From a plasmid: 64,000 bases of DNA. The notes beneath the pieces were generated by a model, which was not told the DNA's origin, searched no databases, and saw nothing but the letters and a program-made list of their open reading frames with translations. The stretch is from the sequence record NZ_CP015284.1, one strand, 5' to 3'. The position numbers and the translations under genes were made by a program. Shown here piece by piece: positions 20,562 through 28,465 of this stretch (the stretch's first letter is position 1; each line of letters opens with the position of its first letter).

Positions 20562-21972
20562 TCTTTGTCAACTGTAGTGGGTGACGAAAAGCTAACATCT
20601 AGAGAGGACCTGATAGGTCTTCTCTTTTTTTATGTTCAGAGTGATTAAGATCCGCTTCCTAAAGTTGATGAAGTTTCTAAAACCAAATCCTAGACGTTTG
20701 ATGTCTTTGATCAACTTGTTAGTCGCTTCAAGTTTTGCATTTGAATAGTCCGTTTCTAGTGCGTTTTTGATGTATTGCTTGTGTCTAAGAAAAGTCCTAA
20801 AGACAGTTTGAAAATAATGATTAACCTTGCTCCTATTTTCCTCTATCAGCTCAAAGAACTCAGCTACTCTCTTCTCCTGAAAATGAAAAAGTAAGATCTG
20901 ATAAAGTGTATAGTAGTCGGTAAGCTCTTCTGAAAAGTCTAGTGTTTTCCCAACAACTTCATGTGGACTTAAGGTTTGGTGGAATGTCTTTGAATAAAAA
21001 GAGTTGAGAGATAACTTACGGCTGTCCTTTTGGAAGAGTCGCCAATGATTTTTCAAGGCTCGATAGGGTAGTGACTTCTTATCGAACTGGTTCATAATCG
21101 CAATTCTTGTCTTTAAAAAGGCACGACCAAGGTGCTGGATAATGTGGAAACGATCAAGAACGATTTTAGCGTTTGGAAAAAGTCTTTTGGCAAGTGGAAT
21201 ATAAGCTCCAGACATATCCATCGTGATAAACTGCACCTGTTGGCGAGCTTTTAATGGATACTTTAAAAAGTAGTTTCGTATAGAGGTTTGGCGACGATTA
21301 TCAAGGATGGTTATGAGTTCGTTTGTCTCATAATTCTGCGCCACAAAAGCCAATTCCCCTTTCTTGAACCCAAACTCATCCCAGGACATAACAGCTGGAA
21401 GTTTGTCATAATGTTCTTTGAAAGTGAACTGGTCAAGCTTACGATAGACAGTGGACGTCGACACACGAAGTCTTCTGGCAATATCAGTTAGTGAGACCTT
21501 CTCAGTTAGGAGTTGTGCAACCTTTTGTCGGACTAGATTGGAGATTTGGCAGTTTTTCTCAACGATTGATGTCTCAGCTACCGTGACTCGTCTACAACTT
21601 TTACACTGAAAGCGACGTTTCTTCAGACGTAGTAGTGTTGGAGTTCCCGTTTGCTCGAGAAGAGGGATTTTAGAAGGCTTTTGAAAGTCATATTTGATCA
21701 TCTTTCCTTGGCAGTGAGGACATGATGGTGCAGGGTAATCAAGTTTTGCTTGAATCTCTATATGAGTGTCAGTTTCAAAAACAAGTGAAATCTTGATATT
21801 TTGGTCTTTAATTCCGATTAATTCTGTGGTATTCTTAATAAGTCTCATAAGTTCTTCCTAATGATGGTTTGGTCGCTTTTCATTATAGTTCTTATGGGAC
21901 TTTTTGTGTACACTTAAAAAGCTCTATAATCTCTACAGTGGTTTTACCCACTACAGAAATTATAGAGCCATA
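20562..21972 (-). mobile_element. complete ISL3-family insertion sequence (IS1193-like, ~1.41 kb)
   Basis: Terminal inverted repeats GGCTCTTTGTCAACTGTAGTGGGT (right) and GGCTCTATAATTTCTGTAGTGGGT (left) flank an intact transposase gene. Confidence 0.85.
20592..21848 (-). CDS. ISL3-family transposase (418 aa, intact)
   Basis: N-terminal zinc finger (CPHCQG...CKSCRR) and a DDE core. It is the full-length counterpart of the pseudogene at 5497..6712. Confidence 0.9.
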   Translation of the reverse strand: MRLIKNTTELIGIKDQNIKISLVFETDTHIEIQAKLDYPAPSCPHCQGKMIKYDFQKPSKIPLLEQTGTPTLLRLKKRRFQCKSCRRVTVAETSIVEKNCQISNLVRQKVAQLLTEKVSLTDIARRLRVSTSTVYRKLDQFTFKEHYDKLPAVMSWDEFGFKKGELAFVAQNYETNELITILDNRRQTSIRNYFLKYPLKARQQVQFITMDMSGAYIPLAKRLFPNAKIVLDRFHIIQHLGRAFLKTRIAIMNQFDKKSLPYRALKNHWRLFQKDSRKLSLNSFYSKTFHQTLSPHEVVGKTLDFSEELTDYYTLYQILLFHFQEKRVAEFFELIEENRSKVNHYFQTVFRTFLRHKQYIKNALETDYSNAKLEATNKLIKDIKRLGFGFRNFINFRKRILITLNIKKEKTYQVLSRC

Positions 21973-22065
21973 ATTGTCTGTTGAGCCTATTTTAACGGCT
22001 CTTTTTTTGGCTCTCAGATACATGCCTAGCTCCAGATAAACTTACAATTTAAAAAGCTGCTGACG

Positions 22066-22098
22066 TCTATTCGGAAAACAGTTATTTGTTGAATACAC
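22066..22098. promoter_or_regulatory. candidate dif (difSL-like) site immediately upstream of xerS
   Basis: TATTCGGAAAACAGTTATTTGTTGAATA resembles the streptococcal/lactococcal difSL (TTCCGAAAAA...TTTCTTGAA) in both arms. XerS-type systems have dif next to xerS. Confidence 0.35.
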
Positions 22099-22153
22099 AT
22101 GTTAGCTATGATAAACTACTACTAACAAGAAAATTGTTAGATTTGAGGCTAAT

Positions 22154-23227
22154 ATGAAACAAGAAACACTAATGAAAAATATAAACGAGTTGCTTGAGAT
22201 TATGCCTTGGTATGTTAAGGAATATTATCAAGCAAAGCTCGTTATTCCATATAGCTATAAGACACTGTATGAGTACTTAAAGGAATATAGACGATTTTTT
22301 GAATGGTTGATTAGTGATCATGAGAAATTGGGTGAAACTGTACGATATGCAGATTATGATACGATTGCCGATGTTCATATTGATGAGCTGGCCCATTTAC
22401 CAAAGTCTGTTATCGAAGCCTATTTTGTCTATCTTCGTGAAAATACTGAGCGTCGTTCAATCTCTGAAGTCAGCATTGTTCGGACTAAGGATGCTCTCTC
22501 AAGTTTGTTTAAGTATCTTACTCAAGAGACTGAGGATGACGAGGGTGAGCCTTATTTTTACCGAAATGTCATGGTTAAGGTCAAAATCAAGAAACCTAAA
22601 GATACCTTGGCAAGTCGTGCTGATAACATGAAAGAAAAACTCTTTTTAAATGATACACAGTCTTTCTTGGACTATATCGATAATGAGCATGAAAAGAAAA
22701 TCTCAAAACGTGCCCAGGTATCCTTTGTCAAAAATAAAGAGCGTGATCTTGCTGTCATAGCACTTCTACTCTCTACTGGAGTCCGGTTATCTGAATTAGT
22801 GAACCTAGATATGCAAGATGTCAATCTAGCCACAAGAACAATTACAGTCATTCGAAAAGGTGGGAAAAAGGACGTTGTAAATATCGCTCCATTTGGACTA
22901 CCTTATATCGAGCGATACTTAGAAATTAGGAAGGGACGCTACTCAGCAAGTGATTCAGATAAAGCATTCTTCTTAACAACTCAGAATAAAGTGCCTGCAA
23001 GGCTTGGAACACGTTCTGTCGAGCTATTGGTGAAGAAGTTATCTACCGCCTATGGTAAACCCACTACTCCTCACAAATTGCGACACACACTTGCGACACG
23101 TCTATATGAGCAAACAAAAGACAGCCTCCTAGTCTCCCAACAATTGGGACACAAGGGGACTGCAATGGTAGAGGTATATGCACACGTAGCTGCAGAGACA
23201 ACTAAGGAAGCTTTGAGTGATTTATAA
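22154..23227 (+). CDS. xerS: XerS-type tyrosine recombinase (chromosome dimer resolution)
   Basis: 357 aa. It has the N-terminal MPWYVKEYYQAKL signature of XerS and the C-terminal R...HxxR...Y catalytic region (LRHTLATRLY...GHKG...VEVYAHV). Confidence 0.8.
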   Translation: MKQETLMKNINELLEIMPWYVKEYYQAKLVIPYSYKTLYEYLKEYRRFFEWLISDHEKLGETVRYADYDTIADVHIDELAHLPKSVIEAYFVYLRENTERRSISEVSIVRTKDALSSLFKYLTQETEDDEGEPYFYRNVMVKVKIKKPKDTLASRADNMKEKLFLNDTQSFLDYIDNEHEKKISKRAQVSFVKNKERDLAVIALLLSTGVRLSELVNLDMQDVNLATRTITVIRKGGKKDVVNIAPFGLPYIERYLEIRKGRYSASDSDKAFFLTTQNKVPARLGTRSVELLVKKLSTAYGKPTTPHKLRHTLATRLYEQTKDSLLVSQQLGHKGTAMVEVYAHVAAETTKEALSDL

Positions 23228-23337
23228 ATCATTTAATGGTTAATACATTATACACGATATATAGTTAATAGATAAACTATGTATATGGTAATGAAGACTA
23301 TAAATTGTTAACACGGTTTATGATAAGTTAGAAAAAA

Positions 23338-23377
23338 CGAGGAATCTTCTTAAATAAGAGTAGATTCCTCGTTTTTC
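23338..23377 (+). terminator. rho-independent terminator after xerS (CGAGGAATCT...AGATTCCTCG followed by T5), flanked by an A-run (bidirectional)
   Basis: Read directly from the sequence. Confidence 0.65.
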
Positions 23378-23449
23378 GTTATTATTTAAAATTTAAAGAC
23401 GACTGTTTCAATGGTCTCGTTCTTTAAGTTTGCCTCTAGTCATTGTTTA

Positions 23450-24835
23450 TTATGAACGTCTGTGACGCCCTTTATAAACGAAGCTTGTCAAACCAAGTCC
23501 TACCAAAACCATACCTAGCATACCAACTTTAGAGTTTGTATCTCCTGTTTTTGGTAAATCGTGACTTGTCAATTTTCCATCAGCTTCCGATTTAATTCCT
23601 GCATTACGTGTTTGTGTAAATGGAGAAGTGACAGAATTCATGGAATGAATGTTTTTTGAAGGCACTAGACTTGTAGCAGGTGTTGTGCTGACCGCAGGTG
23701 CTTCACTTGTAGCAGGTGTTGTGCTAACTGCAGGTGCTTCACTTGTAGCAGGTGTTGTGCTAACTGCAGGTGCTTCACTAGTAGCAGGTGTTGTGCTAAC
23801 CGCAGGTGCTTCACTTGTAGCAGGTGTTGTGCTGACCGCAGGTGCTTCACTTGTAGCAGGTGTTGTGCTAACTGCAGGTGCTTCACTTGTAGCAGGTGTT
23901 GTGCTAACTGCAGGTGCTTCACTAGTAGCAGGTGTTGTGCTAACTGCAGGTGCTTCACTAGTAGCAGGCGTTGTGCTGACTGCAGGTGCTTCACTTACTG
24001 AATTAGGGTTAGTTCTATAATAACGATAATATAGGGCATCATCCTCATAGTTGGCATGGCCAAATAACCCTGGTTCTTCCGTTGTGATAATATCTCCAAC
24101 CGAATACTTCTTACCATTAGATCCAGTAATTGTGTAGTATGGGTACCCTTCCAGCTCGTCACCTGGCATTACAGTATATCCTTTAGGGGTAACTACGTTA
24201 CCAGTGAGCCAGCTGATTGTAGGGTCATCTGATGCTGAATAATTAAGGTATAACATGCGATTAAGACTAGGATCGTTATCAGATATTGGATTTTCACTAG
24301 TAGCCGGCGTTGTGCTAACCGCAGGCGCCTCACTAGTAGCCGGCGTTGTGCTGTTCGCAGGTGCTTCACTTGTATTATCAGAGTTTAGAGGATAATAGTA
24401 GTAATATAGTCTATTATCTTCCTCGTTCTTGTGATTTACTAAAGGATCATTGACAGTTATAATATCGCCGACATTGTAATGTTTGCCGGTGTCATCGAAT
24501 ACGTCATAATGACTATATGTTCCAGGGTTACGAAAGTTCTCATCTACAACGTATGGTTCGCTAGGTTTAATAACCCGACCTGACATACTACCACTATCAG
24601 GTTTATCGGGATAATCTGCCGAATAAACATAGAACATACGCCAATCATTATAGTTAGCATCACTAGCTGTTTCTTCAGCATATACCTTTGTAGATGACTG
24701 ACCGAATTGAGTTTGCACAGCAGTTGCAAGAGTAATTGCTGCAACTAAAACAATTCCATATTTAGAAAACTTATTAATAGACAAAATAAACCTCCAGGGC
24801 AACATTATATAATTTTTAGAAATATAAATTATCAC
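23450..24835 (-). CDS. LPXTG cell-wall-anchored surface protein with a 12-aa tandem repeat region (SEAPAVSTTPAT x ~10)
   Basis: It has a signal peptide. The C-terminus has LPKTG, then a hydrophobic stretch and a KGRHRRS tail. Confidence 0.85.
   Translation of the reverse strand: MIIYISKNYIMLPWRFILSINKFSKYGIVLVAAITLATAVQTQFGQSSTKVYAEETASDANYNDWRMFYVYSADYPDKPDSGSMSGRVIKPSEPYVVDENFRNPGTYSHYDVFDDTGKHYNVGDIITVNDPLVNHKNEEDNRLYYYYYPLNSDNTSEAPANSTTPATSEAPAVSTTPATSENPISDNDPSLNRMLYLNYSASDDPTISWLTGNVVTPKGYTVMPGDELEGYPYYTITGSNGKKYSVGDIITTEEPGLFGHANYEDDALYYRYYRTNPNSVSEAPAVSTTPATSEAPAVSTTPATSEAPAVSTTPATSEAPAVSTTPATSEAPAVSTTPATSEAPAVSTTPATSEAPAVSTTPATSEAPAVSTTPATSEAPAVSTTPATSLVPSKNIHSMNSVTSPFTQTRNAGIKSEADGKLTSHDLPKTGDTNSKVGMLGMVLVGLGLTSFVYKGRHRRS
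23665..24000. repeat. 36-bp tandem repeat array (~9-10 copies) inside the LPXTG gene; 2 further copies at ~24290-24360
   Basis: The unit GCAGGTGTTGTGCTAACTGCAGGTGCTTCACTTGTA repeats near-perfectly on the plus strand. Confidence 0.9.
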
Positions 24836-24919
24836 ACTTAATATATCAGAAAAATAAATAAAGTCAATGTTTTTTTAAAAAAACTTTGACTTTTTACTCA
24901 TTCTCAGTAAATTATTTTT

Positions 24920-25273
24920 CTAACTTCTTAGAGTTGGTGCAATTTGAAGGATATTATCGAGTTGAACTAATCTATACCCTTCACTAGTCTTTATTGATAT
25001 TTCCTTACGAGACAGTTCTCTCACTTCACCAAATAAAGTAATTTTATTATCACGATGTTTGATAGTGAATTGCCCTTTAAGTTGGTTGGCATAGAGTTGA
25101 GAAAGTAATAAGAGTTTTTGAGGTTTACTTAAGTCTGTTGTGAAGTCAACACGATATTTAGCAGCATGTAATGATGAGGTATGCTCGGACAGAAAGAATC
25201 CCATCCACTTTTGCATCCCTGGATCCTGGTATTCTCTTGCTGCTTGAAATGGTAAATAAGAACGATCAATCAT
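24920..25273 (-). CDS. YolD-like protein (UmuD-like accessory partner of Y-family polymerases in Firmicutes)
   Basis: 117 aa. It sits immediately downstream of the UmuC-like gene and overlaps it by 4 bp, the typical uvrX/yolD arrangement. Confidence 0.55.
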   Translation of the reverse strand: MIDRSYLPFQAAREYQDPGMQKWMGFFLSEHTSSLHAAKYRVDFTTDLSKPQKLLLLSQLYANQLKGQFTIKHRDNKITLFGEVRELSRKEISIKTSEGYRLVQLDNILQIAPTLRS

Positions 25274-26685
25274 TTTAAACCATCCAATCCTCCAGCAGAA
25301 TGTCCTCCGATGAGCCTACTTCTGGCAATACTTCTTGATGCCCCGTCAAGTGCATTAGCTTTTAGCAGAGAGGTAAAGCCAAATTGGTCTCTGATAGAAT
25401 CTATTGCTGTCTGGAGCCTTTCTTCTTTTTCAATTTGTTCGACATCATCGAATAGTGAGATTAATCCAAAAGATTCATCTACAAACCCAGAATAATTAAC
25501 CGCTACACTTCGGATTGCCCCTGAAGTGTATTTATTATGGAATAATTTCAACACATAGTTTGTCAGCATGTCGGTGTTATTCGTTGGTTCAATTTTCATT
25601 TGGGTATTGATAGAACGCTTGTTCTCATGCTTAGAGTAGCCAAGGTGTATTGAAACAACAGTCGCTTTCTTGCCTATCTTTCTCAGTCGGATAGCAACTT
25701 GTTCGGCCATCTCTCTAAGGACAATTTCAATATCTCGTTGTCTAAAATAGTCTCTAGGGAGAACCTGGGAGTTGCCTAGACCTTTTGATTTTGGTTTATA
25801 GGGTTTATGAACGTTACTTTCATCAATACCATTAGCATGAAACCATAAACGAAGGCCCGCTTCTCCTAGTTCTTTCTTCAAGATATCTGGGTTAGCATTT
25901 GCCAAGTCTTTGATTGAGTGGATATCTAACGTGTTGAAGCGTTTCTCCATTCTTTTACCTATACCCCAGAAATCAGTCATCTTAGGAATAGACCAGACCT
26001 TATTCTCCACATCCTCATAGGACCAGTTAGCTCTCATGGTTGAAGTTTTCTTTGCTTCATTATCAAGTGCTAGTTTAGCTAGTAAAGGGTTAGCATTGGA
26101 CATACCAACGGTTGAATAGATGCCAGTTTGTCTCCAGATGTCCCTTTGGATCCTCGCAGAAATAAGGTCGAGCTTTTGCTTTCGAGATAACTGCTTATCT
26201 GGAACGAAGTAATTAAGAGAACTAGACAGGTCGATAAAACCCTCGTCTATAGAATAAGGGTAAATATCATTTGGGCTACCATAGTTTTGAAAAATGCCTT
26301 GGATTTCCATATTAACTGAGATATATTCGTCCATTCTAGGAGGAACGATGAAAGTCACTTTTGCCCAATCTTCAATGAATCTCACGTATTCTGGATCTGT
26401 TCTCAGTCCTTGTCTCTTGGCATTGTAATACGAGAACCTTCTTGTTTGAACATCAAAAGGGAGATCGTATGCTCTTCCAACATTTGATTTTCCAAACACT
26501 TTCTTAAATATCGGTGAAGAAGCAAGGATAAGACCTGCAGAGTTATCAGCTCTACTCATAACACATAAAGAAGTCTTTAAAGGATGTAGTCCTCTCTCAA
26601 CACATTCGACGCTAGCGTAAAACGACTTCATATCGATAAAAGCGATATCGCTTCTTGGTTCTCTTGAATAATCAAAATATCCCAT
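25270..26685 (-). CDS. Y-family DNA polymerase (UmuC/ImpB/UvrX-like translesion polymerase)
   Basis: The N-terminus has IAFIDMKSFYASVE...SRADNSAGLILASSPIFKK (UmuC motifs) and a little-finger C-terminal domain. Confidence 0.85.
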   Translation of the reverse strand: MGYFDYSREPRSDIAFIDMKSFYASVECVERGLHPLKTSLCVMSRADNSAGLILASSPIFKKVFGKSNVGRAYDLPFDVQTRRFSYYNAKRQGLRTDPEYVRFIEDWAKVTFIVPPRMDEYISVNMEIQGIFQNYGSPNDIYPYSIDEGFIDLSSSLNYFVPDKQLSRKQKLDLISARIQRDIWRQTGIYSTVGMSNANPLLAKLALDNEAKKTSTMRANWSYEDVENKVWSIPKMTDFWGIGKRMEKRFNTLDIHSIKDLANANPDILKKELGEAGLRLWFHANGIDESNVHKPYKPKSKGLGNSQVLPRDYFRQRDIEIVLREMAEQVAIRLRKIGKKATVVSIHLGYSKHENKRSINTQMKIEPTNNTDMLTNYVLKLFHNKYTSGAIRSVAVNYSGFVDESFGLISLFDDVEQIEKEERLQTAIDSIRDQFGFTSLLKANALDGASRSIARSRLIGGHSAGGLDGLK

Positions 26686-26864
26686 GTGCCACCTCTTTTG
26701 TTAGTTTATAAGCTAACAAAAAGTATAGACTATTTTGGTGAGGTTTTCAAGTGTTACAACGTTGCCAATAGTCTTTGAGAGTAAAAAAACACCAATAACT
26801 ATGTAATTGGCGTTTTCAGTGGTCTTCTGATTCTTTTTAAAAAGAGTATAGTGTTATAAGGAAC

Positions 26865-28055
26865 TTATTCAGAACTTCCTGTTGATGATGATGGCTCGGT
26901 AGTAGCATGATAGTTATTTGCCTCGTCAACCATATCTTGCATATAAACACCCAAGAGTCTGTTATAACCATTTTCATCAAAATTACTATGAAATTCAGGA
27001 TTTACACTTGTTTCTTTTGATGATTCGGGAACTCCAGCATCTTGTTGTTGAGCAGGTGTTGTTGGGGCACTTCCGGCTACCGTATTGGTGTTACTCTGAG
27101 CTGATTCACTAACTGTTGTTTGAGTAGAGCTTGAACTAGACGATGATGATGGTTGCGTAGAGGATGAGGTTTCCGTTTTTGAGGAGTTTTTGCTTGTGCT
27201 ATCATCTTTAATCTCAATTAACTTCTCATATATCTTTTGCGTCAAAGCATTTTGTTGAGAGGCCGTTAATGATGCTGCGACACGAATAACAACCGTTCCA
27301 TAAACATAGTGTGAACCAGGGTTAATGACAGTTGGAAGGCCATCGAAAGCACTTAAATAGTCATTTCGTTTTTTGGCATCTTCTACCGTTTTATAAACCT
27401 CTACGCATCCCCCTGCATCCGTACCTTTTGCTACTAAATCAGCACCAGCAACTGGATTAGTCACTTCATTGTCAGAGAAATAAACTGCTGCCGTATAACT
27501 TCCTTGTTTGTTTAAGCCTTGGTTTGGATCATTATCTTCTGTAGCTGACTGAACATCTGAAATCGTATCAATTTCCTTAAGACGACTTTCCACAAATGTA
27601 TTGGAAGGATTTGTAATTTGTTTTAACTGCTTAACACTTGTTGAATACTTCTGGTTTTTATCTTGAAGTTCTTTTATCTCTGTTGTGTAGTTAATTGGTT
27701 TTTTTAGTGATTTAACTTGTTTATTGATGTCGCTTGTTTTCTTTTTAATTTTAGGAATTACTTGTTTCTTCTTTTCAGCAGTTGAGACTTCGTTTTTTAA
27801 CTCAACCGTCAGCTTTTCGTCTAAGGGTTTATCTTTACTACTAAGTAGTTTCTTAGATACTTTGATTGTTTCCTCTAAGCTACGGTTTTCTTTTTGAATT
27901 TTGGCTGTTACTTCATTAAATGACTGTACCGCTCTTTGATGTGGTGAAATTGCAAGTACATAGTACCCTATACCGAAACAAAATAGTGCGATAAGAGAAA
28001 TTATGGCACTTTTCTTTGTACTAATTCTTTTCATAAAATCAAATTTCATTTTCAA
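26865..28055 (-). CDS. membrane-anchored (N-terminal TM) extracellular protein with a Ser-rich C-terminal region
   Basis: TM segment AIISLIALFCFGIGYYVLAI. No catalytic motif recognised. Confidence 0.45.
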   Translation of the reverse strand: MKMKFDFMKRISTKKSAIISLIALFCFGIGYYVLAISPHQRAVQSFNEVTAKIQKENRSLEETIKVSKKLLSSKDKPLDEKLTVELKNEVSTAEKKKQVIPKIKKKTSDINKQVKSLKKPINYTTEIKELQDKNQKYSTSVKQLKQITNPSNTFVESRLKEIDTISDVQSATEDNDPNQGLNKQGSYTAAVYFSDNEVTNPVAGADLVAKGTDAGGCVEVYKTVEDAKKRNDYLSAFDGLPTVINPGSHYVYGTVVIRVAASLTASQQNALTQKIYEKLIEIKDDSTSKNSSKTETSSSTQPSSSSSSSSTQTTVSESAQSNTNTVAGSAPTTPAQQQDAGVPESSKETSVNPEFHSNFDENGYNRLLGVYMQDMVDEANNYHATTEPSSSTGSSE

Positions 28056-28465
28056 TCTCCAAAAATCAAGTCTTCAGTATCCCAGATAGTTAACAGGGAC
28101 TTCCTATTAAGTATTCTGTTTTTATTATACTTAAATATTCTCATATTTTAAAGTAGTCTTTTGATTATTATTCAAGAAAATTACTAGAGTTGTGAAGTGA
28201 AGTGTTGCGCGTGGTATATGATTCAATACAAAAAGGATAGCATATAGTGATGCTATCCTCAGAATGATGAATTGTACCGTTTCCATCAACCTGTGGGGAA
28301 ACAATATACTTATGGTAAAGGGATGAAACAGTTATCCGAAGTAGAACAGTTACGTTTGCAGGTAGAATTACTAAAAAAGTATCAGAGCTTGGTAAGAGAA
28401 TCTAAAAAGTAAGTCTTATAATCTCGTCGTTCTACAACCCTTATGCTTTGACCCTAATCAATTGA

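Noticed and set aside
23649-24020. Long ORFs on both strands across the tandem repeat (123 aa on +, 109 aa on -)
   Set aside because: They are artefacts of the 36-bp repeat periodicity. The true gene is the minus-strand LPXTG protein in another frame.
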